Below are positions 35,493 through 46,900 of a DNA stretch of 64,000 nucleotides, in pieces; the first letter of the stretch is position 1; the number at the start of each line of letters is the position of its first letter. This DNA comes from Leptogorgia sarmentosa (lineage: Eukaryota). Both the position numbers and the translations under genes were made by a program. The stretch spans positions 24,056,001 to 24,120,000 of the forward strand of contig OZ210885.1 in the NCBI GenBank assembly GCA_964658305.1, written 5' to 3'. The notes beneath the pieces are model-generated. The model had not been told where the DNA came from. It saw nothing but the letters and a program-made list of their open reading frames with translations, and ran no database searches.

Positions 35493-37622
35493 TAGTAAAG
35501 TAAGAAACAAATTCCGAAAAGACAGGACATCTTGAGAATACAATATATGATTCAAAACAAGACGCAGTTTGATACTGTAAATTCTCGACTTTATTACAAA
35601 GTCATCTTCAGACAGAATGAAATACAATACTTTACACAACACATATATATACAACGCAGAGAGAGACCATCTGTCATGTGGGCGGAAAGAAGGATTATCC
35701 AAGCGAAGCGAAACATGATAAAGAAAATAGTAATAACTGAAAATGGAAAATTAAGCTATATTCACAACAATGTTTAATATATTAAAAGTATTAAGGTAGA
35801 AAGAGAAAAAGAGGAAAACCGACATGTAGAAGAAGATACAGTTAAAGTGTTATGTGAACAGTTGTAGTTCTTTACTAGCTTTAAGTCCAGTGTTAAGAAA
35901 AGGTTTGTTCTGTTTGATAAGCAGTGCTTCAAGAAAAGCAAGAATGTTGTAGTTGTTAGATTTTGTAATGTGAAGTATTCTGTAGCTGTTAAAAACAAGG
36001 TTTTCAATAGGAGAAGAGTTGTCAGCAGGCGAAGGAAGATCGTTGAGTAATGTGAACTGGTCTTGTAAAGTTGCTAAAAATTGAGCATGTTCACACTAAA
36101 AAAAATGTTGGCCCACTGCACTAGAAGAGAGCCTAGTTGCATGCACTTTCAAACGTGCAGAAAGGCATCTTTGTGTCATGCCAATATAGGTTTTGCCACA
36201 ACCAGGGCAAGCGACCTCGTACACAAGATTACTATGAGATAAAGGAGGAAGTTTATCTTTGTTGGAAACAAAATAAGAGAGCTTTTTAGTGTCATAAATA
36301 GTGAGGAACTTAACCGGTTTAGAAAGAAATCTTTGTATTTTACTGAGACATGAATTTAAAAGAAAATTGCCACAGTTTCCGAGATAAGGAATATGAATCC
36401 AAATTTTAGGCAACATATCATCATCCGTGTCATGATTAACGGCATCGGAAGCAGAACTATCAATATATTTGGTTTTAAGCTTTTTAATCAAAACGTTTCT
36501 AACGCCATTGGGATAACCATTCCAAGACATCAAAGATTTGATAGTTTCAATTTGATTGTTGAAAAGTGTTTTCGAACTGCAGATTTTAAAAGCCCGGTAG
36601 AACAGAGATTTTACCCATGCAGTTTTGCGATGAAAAGGCTCGAAACTTGAAAAATGTGAGTACTGATCGGTGTGGGTGTCCTTACGACAAATGTCAGTAC
36701 CATCAACCAAGACTTTAATGTATAAGAAATGAACTACGCCATCAGGAAATGTATCAACTGTGAAATTTAAGTTAGGATCGAAACTATTGAACTTAGTTAA
36801 AACAGCGGAAATATTGGAAGGTTTTATCAAAACAGGAGTGTCATCAACGTAACGTTTGTAGAATTTTATAGTACCATCGGCAATCAACTCGGAAAGTATC
36901 TTTCAAATTCAGTTAAAATTATATTAGCTAAGGCAGTTTTGTTGCAACAATCCAAAATGAGTTTCTTCAAAGTGCGCTTTTTCAAAGTGGTTGTAATTAA
37001 TTCGTCTTTATAAATACGATCTAGAATAATTTTGACCGTGCGGGAAAGTGGAACGTTGGTAAAAAGGGATTCAACATCTAAAGAAATGAACTGGTAGCCT
37101 TCTTGAAACAAATGTTTGGGAATATTGTTAATATTGGTCACCGCATCAAAAGAATCGGAAAGAGAATGATCATTTAAAGTAAGAGGATTTAGTAAAGAAG
37201 ATAGAAATTTTCCAACATAGTGTGGAGTGTTAGTAGTGTCAACTATTGGTCGGAATTTAGGTAAAGTGTCAAATTTCTTGTGAGTCTTTGGCAAGCCATG
37301 TGCTCTGCCAAAATGTGCTGTCATAGGTCTTAGAGTGTCAAGTTGTTCGTCAGTAATTTCATTGCATTTGTGAAGTGTAAGTAGGTAGTTCTGTAAAGAA
37401 TGAAGTCTAGTTAATGTAGGGTCATGATCCAATTTCTTAAACTTAGAGGAATCAGAGAAAAGAGATTTGATAGAAGTTACATAATCAGAGTGATTAATGA
37501 GCACAATGCCATTTCCTTTATCAGGCTTAAGGATGGCAAAAGTTTCTGTTAGTTTGTTTAGAATGTTTATATTCTTACGCCCTAGCTTAAACTCCTTCAA
37601 GTCAAGATGAATATAATTGTGA
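35493..37622 (-). mobile_element. Penelope-like retroelement, left arm (RT, GIY-YIG, 3' pLTR region), 5'-truncated
   Basis: KPDKGNG, HGLPKTHK, RPIV, DVESLFTNVP, RYVDD, NLVYEVACPGCGKTYIG..RL..H; hammerhead motif near the 3' end. Confidence 0.92.
35575..35615 (-). ncRNA. Minimal type I hammerhead ribozyme motif, core variant GAGA
   Basis: CTGT-CTGAAGA-T-GACTTT(GTAAT)AAAGTC-GAGA-AT-TT-ACAG. Confidence 0.72.
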
Positions 37623-37645
37623 CTCGACCTAACCAACTATAAATC

Positions 37646-39374
37646 ATGGCTGTGGCTGAAGACGTTTGGAGACAGGTATCACGTTTGCATATTTTCAAGG
37701 AAGAAAGATACGTACAAGATAAGATTAAGAACTCTCTTGGCTCCTTCACTTACAATTATATTGATCTTGACTTGAAGGAGTTTAAGCTAGCGGGTAAGAA
37801 GATAGTAGGAACATCCAAAAATGGCCCACTAAGAGCTCGCATTCGAGTGTCTGGCTTCAATCAAGCAAGTCGGACTTCTTACCAATTTAAAGTTTGAGAA
37901 TAGGTTAAGGTCATTTCGACCCTAAGACCTCTAATCATTCACTTTACCTGATAAAACTGCATGTATGAACTCCAGCTATCCTGAGGGAAAACAAACTAAC
38001 AGAAACTTTTGCCATCCTTAAGCCTGATAAAGGAAATGGCATTGTGCTCTTAATCGCTCTGATTATGTAACTTCTATCAAATCTCTTTTCTTTGATTCCT
38101 CTAAGTTTAAGAAATTGGATCATGACCTGACATTAGCTGGACTTCATTCTTTACAGAACTACCTACTTACACTTCACAAACGCAATGAAATTACTGACGA
38201 ACAACTTGACACTCTAAGACCTATGACAGCACATTTTGGCAGAGCACATGGCTTGCCAAAGACTCACAAGAAATTTGACACTTTACCTAAATTCCGACCA
38301 TTAGTTGACACTACTAACACTCCACACTATAACGTTGGAAAATTTCTATCTTCTATACTAAATCCTCTTACTTTAAATGATCATTCTCTTTCTGATTCTT
38401 TTGATGCGGTGACCAATATTAACAACATTCCCGAACATTTGTTTCAAGAAGGCTACCAGTTCGTTTCTTTTGATGTTGAATCCCTTTTTACCAACTTTCA
38501 CTTTCCCGCACGGTCAAAATTAATTCTAGATCGTATTTATAAAGACGAATTAATTACAACCACTCTGAAAAAGTGCACTTGAAGAAACTCATTTTGGATT
38601 GTTGCAACAAAGCGGGCTTTTCTTTTGACGAGCAAATTTATGTCCAAAAAGACGGCGTTTCTATGGGTTGATCATTAGGACCTGTCTTAGCTAATATAAT
38701 TTTAACTGAATTTGAAAGATTAATAGTTTCCAAGTTGATTGCCGATGGTACTATAAAATTCTACAAACGTTGCGTTGATGACACTCCTGTTTTGATAAAA
38801 CCTTCTAATATACGCAAAACAAAAGTTCACTGCCGACAATATATTGGCAAACTTATCCTGTGTTTCAATCCATAGCGTTTCATCCCATTTCTCAGCGTTT
38901 TATATCATCTAAGAGGGCTTTTAAAGTCTTATGCACAGATTTTATCTTTGTTTCCCCTTTCCAAAGCTTTAAGAAGCTCCTTGAAAGCTTTAAAAAGCTT
39001 CGGCTATTCATGATAGTCCGCTATATTTTAGAGATCAATGATGACCTACGATGCACGGTGACCCAAAATGGCGGCCAAATCAAGCAACTTTGGACGCCGC
39101 TATGCGGAATTATTATCCTCGCCCTGGTCTGACACCCGGACGGCGCTTTGCGCCGTGGCTCGGGGAAAATCTCTCTTATTTTGTTTCCAACAAAGATAAA
39201 CTTCCTCCTTTATCTCGTAGTAATCTTGTGTACGAGGTCGCTTGCCCTGGTTGTGGCAAAACCTATATTGGCATGACACAAAGATGCCTTTCTGTACGTT
39301 TGAAAGAGCATGCAACTAGGCTCTCTTCTAGTGCAGTGGGCCAACATTTTTCTGAGTGTGAACATGCTCAATTT
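37646..39374 (+). mobile_element. Penelope-like element, right (inverted) arm with two foreign patches
   Basis: Near-identical reverse complement of the left arm at ~37752-37800, 37991-38810 and ~39170-39374. Confidence 0.9.
37815..37990 (-). pseudogene. 28S (LSU) rRNA fragment, about 176 bp
   Basis: Minus strand reads TTTCCCTCAGGATAGCTGG..GCAGTTTTATCAGGTAAAG..AATGATTAGAGG..AACCTATTCTCAAACTTTAAAT..TAGTGGGCCATTTTTGG, conserved eukaryotic LSU blocks. Confidence 0.9.
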
Positions 39375-39974
39375 GGCAGCGCTTTAGCTGAACTTACAGT
39401 GTGTAACTGTTTCTTGAACAGAATTCCAACATCAATTAAAGCATATAAAAGTCAGCACTCATTTTCAAGCTGAAATTTAGACCCCGTCGTCGAGTTGGTT
39501 GCGTTGTAGATCTTAAGGTCCCTATTATTAGATGGTGATTGCTCTAAGTATTATGTTAATAACAGTAAACAATTGAAATGAAATAACTAAGCTCTAATCA
39601 AATTGCATTTATCGATGAGAACTTTTGACTGATTTTGAAGCTATAAAAACGATTTCATTAGTGTGTCATGCTGGTATACTGCCAATATATTCAGCACATT
39701 TTTGTGCAACATTTAGGGCAATATATGCATTGTCATATTTTTTATATATAATTTGCCTTTTAAAATAATTATTAGGTCATATTTTAAAATATTTTACTGA
39801 TCACGTATTTGCTCGATTCGCTGCGAAGGCTTTGGCCATGCGGAAGCGCAGGTAAAATGGAACTATGCAATTTACCTCTTTGCCTTTGGGAGCATTTTTG
39901 GGACTTTTTTCAAGTATCTTAAGTGTCACTTACATCGCCATCAGTCGTAAAATCAAATTATTTGCATGGGCGAT

Positions 39975-41750
39975 GCATGTGTCCTCAACACTTGTACAAC
40001 ATTGATACCACTTGGCCACCTTATTGTTTTCCCTTCCACCTAAATTGAAGGCACTACACCTTCTTCTTCTTCTTTGTTGTCTTCTCTCCAAGCAGCTCGC
40101 GTCCACATTCTGAAAAGCACGATACAATTTAGCACGTATCGCTACGTACCATATATGCAATGCCACAATTTAGTATGTCGTTTACACATGACGACTTGAA
40201 ATATTGCAGTAGTGTTGCAACTCTAACCCTAACCCAACCTTGTAGGTGAGACATACAGCCTTGCAAATAATTTCGGACATTTGAATGACACGTCACTTTG
40301 CTTTTTGCCGAAAATGTCATATATAGACAATGTCGAAAATCTTTGAGTTAGCTGGGATTTCAAAGAAGCTTTCTGTATGTCTGTCAGAAATAACATCACA
40401 GACAACATTCTCTTCTTTTTTTTCGAGAACAAAAGCATATCTAGAATGTTTTAAAAGAAAACAGCTGTCTTTCAGTTTAGGAGAAAGAATGGTGAATCTT
40501 CAGCCGAGTGGTGTGTGACTTGCTGTCTTTGACTGCTTCTGTTCCTCAAGACGCTTCACCACCTGAACAAGTGGGTTTTCAGCATTATGAACAAGCCGCT
40601 TTAACTGCTGCATGTAATTCTCAAATGGAAAACAAGAAAACTCATTCAGCAAAGCTTGAAAAAAGTTGACATCATCTGCCAAATGTAGGAGACTATGGAC
40701 GTTATAGACAACAAACGAATTGCCATATATATCCCCACAGCCATGGACGAAACATGTGATCAGCTGTCTTGCATAATCTAAGTAGGCGTTCGTTGATCAG
40801 GATTGCTTTGGAGCATGATGGCGATAGTTATCGACAATGAAAGGAAATGTTGATATACATTCTTTGGCACAACATCACGTAGCACCAACGGACCAGTGTA
40901 CGATAAGAACTGGCGGAACTCAGTAGCTTTCCAGTGATCTAACAACAACAATCTCGGTTGATGGGCAAATTCACTTGGGCATGCTGCCATGCAACGAACC
41001 AAGTTTTCTGAAATTTACAAAATATGTCCAGAAGCGTACTTAGTTCTTCAAAAAAGTCATTCAGGTATTCTTTGACTGAATTTGGCTTAGCATTGCCATA
41101 AAACAATGCAATAACAAATACTTTCGAATCCCTGAAACAACCAAGAATTGGCCAGAATTGAGAGGAGGATGACCTGAATAGAGGAACACCATCTATGTTG
41201 ACCTTTAACTTAATTGTGTGATTATTCTCCAAGAAACCGGGGGTTTTGGATAGTACTTCACATATGCTACTCCCTATACCTAGGTAGACATACTGGACAC
41301 CACATTTTTCAATGGTTCTAATTTCACGAGAGGTGGCCAAGGGCATTTGGCTATCCTTCTAAAGTGTGTGTCCTTCGCCAATTAAAATTTGTAACAATTC
41401 GTTCACCGTACTCTTCGTGCAATGATTTCTTGTCACCCAGCTTGCTAACTTATGACGTAATTGTAAAGATGAAGCATTAGAACTGCCAGCATTGACGTCA
41501 TTTTCAGTGTTTTTAACGGCATCACAATCAGAATCACTTGGAATGTCTTCTAAGTCAACATCGTTGCATGAATCGTGATTGAGGTTTGGTGATTGAACTT
41601 CTAGTCTACCATCAACGATAGCTGAATTTTCATGAATGATCATTTCATCGTCTCTACTCACGTCATCTTCCACATGTTCGTGTTCTTCAATATCACTGTC
41701 ATCGGCTATATTGTTTGCCTCAGCTCTGAATTTTCGATAACTTCTCTAAT
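39975..41750 (-). pseudogene. EnSpm/CACTA transposase relic plus start of its second gene
   Basis: NIDGVPLFRSSSSQFWPILG, WKATEFRQF..YTGP, YNVHSLLHL, FPFENY; downstream MWTRAAWRED..EEEEGVVP..RWP near 40109. Confidence 0.85.
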
Positions 41751-43109
41751 ACACCAATAACATCAACCTTGCGTTAACAAATTTCACTAATTATAATTCG
41801 CAATAATTGCTAATAATAGGACTAGGGATGTAGTATATCATATTTCCGAGTAATTAAGGCAGCTCAGAGTTGTGGCTTCGTATTATAATTGAGATAACTG
41901 TAATCCAAATATAACACTAAATAAGATTGGGCAATAATTTTTGTCAGTTAAGACAGCTAAGTCATACAAAATGATTTGCGGTTTCTCATTCTTAGCCACA
42001 TATGGTTGTGCAGCAAAGATATTTAGGGAAATGAATTTGACTATGATTTTGAATAGGTAGTTCTGACCAGAAACCTGAAGTAACCGTTTGCCATATCTTA
42101 GTTACCACCACCACTAGCTACCACTATAACTGATAGTATTCAATGCACAGCTGCAACGATCGAGTATACTTCACAGGAAAGATTTTAATCATAGCATTGC
42201 TATCCAGATGTGGCGCAGTGAAGGGAGCTCCACTACCTGGTCATTTTATGGACTATTACATGTAAATTAGGCTAAATATGTGAAATACGAGAGTTCTTGG
42301 TTGAGCTTACGGCACGCGAGGTCGTGGCTTAGATGTTGTAACCACGATAGATTTTGCCTTGCAAGGCAAATTCCTCAGCAAAAGCTACACACGCACGAGA
42401 GCTTTCAGCTAAGCCTGAGCAAAGTTAATGTCAAAATACAAAGTCCAAATTCACCTGGTATTCTATAATTATTCCCAAAATACAAAACATGCCTACTGAA
42501 TGTTAGAATGTATGGCATTGGTCTTATTGTTCCATAGCTGTCTCACATAGATTCTACTTCGCCATTGGTCTATGTCGCTACGAAGTCACATGAGATAGCG
42601 AGCGGGAGTTCGAGCTTCAGTTGCATAAATGATTTTGAGCGAACAGACATACTTTCGAATGCTGTATAAATAACTCATCAGTTCAATCCCGTTATGGCAA
42701 CAACACCGGTGGACGACGATTTAGATTATGTGGAATCCAGGGAAATGCTTGATGAGCCTTGTGAAAACGATTTTGCAAGTGCACTCATGACTATCAACAG
42801 CACAATGCTGACTATGGGCGAATCGCTTAAACAACTACATGAGCAACAAGACATGTTGCGGAATTCGGCAGAATCTGCCAAAAAAGCCAAATTGGCAACT
42901 GATCGACTGCCTGAATCAGCCACTATTAATGCCTCTGACGCCGAGCAGTTACTAGCCACTGACGAAGGCGACAAAGCGGCCAGCGAGGCGGTCCAGAGCG
43001 AGGAATATTATACACTGCTCGACAAAATCGAACTCTCGTTAAACAAAGACGAGACAACCGATTCACCAGTTTCAGAGAAGCTGGCGAACATTGCCAACAA
43101 ACGTTGGCT

Positions 43110-44890
43110 TTTTGTGGCGGTTGTTAAATAATACAGTGTTTTTTATGCAGGTACTCGGATCCTGGACTGTGGTTCAAATAGTTGTGTCCTCATTGAGGTT
43201 GTGGATCGATGGGTGGCACCATGGAATGTGATGAGTGTGGTTGTGATTGAGTTTGATGGTGGACAGGGTTGAAGGTTATGGTAGGATGGAAGGTTGTAAT
43301 CAAGTGAATTATATTAGAACGAATTACAGTAAAAGGAATTAAATTAAAACGAATTGTATTATGTGTATACTGGCAAAACCCGGGTTTATAGTGGTGTTTT
43401 GTGTGAATGCCAGGGCCGTAGTGATTGCCAATTATCACCGGGCCCTGTCCCTTGGTTTTCCGTTGAAAACTCGTAGTTATGTTTCATCAGGCCCCAAGCA
43501 TAACTGAGAAAGCACGTTTCTAACCTGCTAGCTGGTCTTGGAACGACATGCTCGCATATTGGGTGTTAGGTTTAACACAATGTGGTTGGTGTGTGAGTGT
43601 ATTTACTTTTGGTGGATGAGTGGTAGGTGGTTTGACATAGTGGTTTGGAAGGATGAATGGCTGTTTGTGTGTCGGGTTATCCCGCTGCGTCTGTATGATA
43701 GATGGCAAAATAATTATGTTTGTTAACTGTGATAACGGGTAAATTAGAAACATGTTGATCCTACTTGATTCGTTCTTTGTACTGGTGGCTGCGGTGGCTC
43801 TTGTTGGGCTTTTTTTCGGCTTTTTGGAGAGGGCTCCTCTTAGCTTGTCTTCGCTCTTTGGTACTTAGAGAGTTGGAAAGAATTGCGCCTACGTTTGCTT
43901 GCCGCGTGGTATGTAAATGTTTGCCCTGGGGCTTGAATGACGTGTGAGGTGACGTGATGTCCGAATACATTGGGGGCCTGGGGTTGATTTATTGCAACGG
44001 GTTGTTGTAAGGTGGGAACAGGGCAGTTGAGGGTCAGATTAGGGATTGGGTTGGGTTTATGTTGAGGGTGTCTTTAAGGGTTCGGATTTGATTGGTTAGG
44101 GTCAGAAAAGGATTGGGTTGGGGTTATGTTGAGGGCGTGTTTAAGGGTTGGGGTTATGTTGAGGGCGTGTTTAAGGGTTGGGGTGGAATTGGTTAGGGTC
44201 AGATTAAGGATTGGGTCGGGGTTATGTTGAGGGTGTCTTGAAGGGTTCGGATTTGATTGGTTAGGGCCATATTAAGGATTGGGTTGGGGTTTATGTCGAG
44301 GGTGCCTTGAAGGGTTCGGATTTGATTGGTTAGGGTCAGATTAAGGATTGGGTTGGGGTTATGTTGGGGGTGTGTTTCAGGGTTCGAATTTGATTGGTGA
44401 GGGTCAGATTAAGGATTGGGTCGGGGTTATGTCGAGGGTGTCTTGAACGGTTCGGATTTGATTGGTTAGGGTCAGATTAAGGATTGGTTTGGGGTTATGT
44501 TGAGGGTTGTGTTTGGGGGTTCGGATTTAATTGGTTGGGGTCAGATTGAATTGGGATATGGGTGAGGTGTGATTGGATTTGGATATTAATTTGATTGTCG
44601 TTGTTGGTTGGGTTCAGTTGTGTCGTGTGTTGTTTCCACTTGGGATGTCCCGATATGGTGCGAAATATGGAAAGGGGAGTGGGTAAGTGGAAGCTCACAT
44701 GATGATGGAGGATGGCGGTTGATAAACGTCTATTACCTGGTGTATAGCATTGTACATAGTGATGTTGAGTGGCGGTTGATAAATGTGTGTATTGGTGAGG
44801 ATGATTGATGGCGGTGGATAAACGTGTGATGATTTTTAGTGACCTGTGATTGAGTGTTGGAATTCTAATTAATGCGATGTTGCGATGTTG
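43110..44890. other. Unidentified 1781-bp G/T-skewed insert flanked by a 54-bp direct repeat
   Basis: 43056-43109 equals 44891-44944 with one mismatch; the DIRS gag resumes after it. Confidence 0.85.
44031..44550. repeat. G-rich minisatellite, about 68-bp unit, 7-8 copies
   Basis: GGGTCAGATT-like starts at 44031, 44099, 44196, 44264, 44333, 44401, 44469, 44538. Confidence 0.92.
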
Positions 44891-46580
44891 AACCGATTCA
44901 GCAGTTTCAGAGAAGCTGGCGAACATTGCCAACAAACGTTGGCTGCAAAAGCTCGGTGATGATCAGCTTAAGGAGAAGCTTGACAAATATCACAGGCCTA
45001 TAAACTGCGAGAAACTCGCTGTGACCCAAGTAAACCCAGAAATCTGGGGGAAGCTAAGCCGCTTCACAAGAGGAAACGACCTCAAACTTTTCCGCCTTCA
45101 AGAACAAATAACGAAGGTTGGCATATTGTCTTAAAAAGCACGGAACACTTGCTTAAAGTGAAGGCAGACAGCTCCAGCCTCAGCATCGACGACCTTGTAC
45201 GAATGAATACGGATGCATTAGCATTGTTGGGGCATGTTTGTTTTGAAATCACTCAGCGGCGACGTGAAAGTATTAAACCAAGTCTACATAAGGACTACGC
45301 CATGTTGTGTTCATCGAATGTACCTGTCACATCTCTCCTGTTCGGCGATGACCTTCAAACGGAGCTAACACACATTCGGGCTACCAATAAAAAGTATCGC
45401 GAGTTCAAGCTCGCGACGAGGCTTCCCCAGCTCTACGTCTCATCAAGGGCGCCATTTTTTAGGGCGAGCGCCTCAGCCATACAGTCGAATGACGACTTAC
45501 GAAAACCGCGGCAACCAGAGGCGCCCATTCCACCAAGAGAAGAAACGAGAGGACCCTCAATCGAGGAAATAAACACAGTCATTACACAATTACCTTCAAT
45601 ACAGGTGAGCAAATACATAATGTTTCTCCCGCGCCTTGTTGAATTTTTTCAAACAACAAGTCAGCTCATTCAAAGCGGGGCAAATCACTCTATATATTCA
45701 TGTGTGGAAGGAAACCACATCTGACTCAGAAATTTTAACGTCTGTATCAGGCGAAATGATTCCTTTTATCAATACTCCAGTGCAACATACCACTCCTTTC
45801 CAACCAGAATGGAAGGGAGTAAAAAATGAATTTGTGGAACAGGAAATTGTGTCCCTGCTACATAAGGGATCACCCCCTCACACCATGAACCTGGAGAGTT
45901 TATATCAACTATTTTCCTTCGTGCAAAACACAATGGATCATTTCGCATGATACTAAATTTGAAAAAACCCAATCAATTTGTTGAGTATAATCATTTCAAA
46001 ATGGAAACCATATGGACAGTGGTTTCCATGATGAAGCCAAGGTGTTATATGGCATCCATTGACCTCAAAGATGCCTACTATTGTGTTCCCGTCAATCCGG
46101 AACACCAGAAATACCTGAAATTTATGTGGAAAGGCAGACTGTATCAATTTACATGTTAACCGAATGGGCTGGCCTGCTGTCCTAGAAAATTCACAAAATT
46201 AATGAAGCCTGTATATTGCACCCTTAGGCAAGCTGGCCATTTGTCAGTGGTGTACATTGATGACTTGTACCTGCAAGGCAGTGATTATGAACTATGTCTT
46301 GATAATGTCAAAGCTACAATTGCATTGTTTCACAAACTGGGGTTAGTCACTCACTCAGACAAATCAATACTGTTACCCACACAACAAATTGTTTTCTTGG
46401 GATTCCAACTGAACTCCCTTACAATGACTATTTTGCTTACACCTGACAAAGCTTGTCGTGTCAAAGCGGCCTGTGCTGGGTTGTTGGCTGATACATCACC
46501 CAGGTATTAGGGTTCCTCACCTCGAGCATGCCAGGGGTGATGTATGGGGCCCTGCACTATAGATGGCTTGATATTGATAA

Positions 46581-46900
46581 GTATACTATTTCTCAATGCT
46601 CGACTTCATGCTCAGTTTATTTAAGGTATGGCAATGTTGATCAGCGCCCCACAGCGCCAAGCTGAAAGCTTGGCGTGGAGTTTCGGCGCACGACTCACCC
46701 GAATTCTGGGGTGGGTGGGTGGGTCGCTCGCCACTTGCTTCTCAATGGTGTAACTGAACAAGAGCCGAGTTTATGGCGTTTTCCACCTTTTATAGCTTTG
46801 TTACCCATTTATGCGCATAATTTATGCCATTATGCTTGATAATACCTTTGTTTGTCTTAAATTTGTTGTTCGCATATCATTACGAGCATTGAGAATAGTA
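46581..46900. mobile_element. Short non-coding repeat unit with inverted ends (possibly Crypton-like); second partial copy at 50089-50156
   Basis: TACTATTTCTCAATGCTCG ... CGAGCATTGAGAATAGTA; internal hairpin CGCCAAGCT-GAA-AGCTTGGCG. Family is inferred. Confidence 0.6.

Larger units (their letters stand above)
35476..39523. mobile_element. PIF/Harbinger-like MITE ends bracketing the Penelope cluster
   Basis: Perfect 17-bp TIR AGGGACCTTAAGATCTA / TAGATCTTAAGGTCCCT with a 3-bp ATT duplication on both sides. Confidence 0.7.
42694..46580 (+). mobile_element. DIRS-type retrotransposon fragment (gag-like ORF and RT), degraded, split by an insert
   Basis: Gag-like RP.NC..VNPEIW; RT RMILNLK, HFKMET, IDLKDAYY, PRKFTK, YIDD; RNase H and recombinase missing. 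Confidence 0.88.

Noticed and set aside
37815..37990. Functional rRNA gene or R2-type insertion in rDNA
   Set aside because: Only ~176 bp with no flanking rDNA.
40220..40240. Telomeric repeat
   Set aside because: Only about two CCCTAA-like units.
43441..43505. Hammerhead or SECIS from the minus-strand CTGATGA
   Set aside because: I could not build stem II, GAAA and stem III in the right order, nor a SECIS quartet.
44495..44935. His/Pro/Asn-rich ORF as a protein gene
   Set aside because: The composition follows from the A/C strand skew and the repeats.
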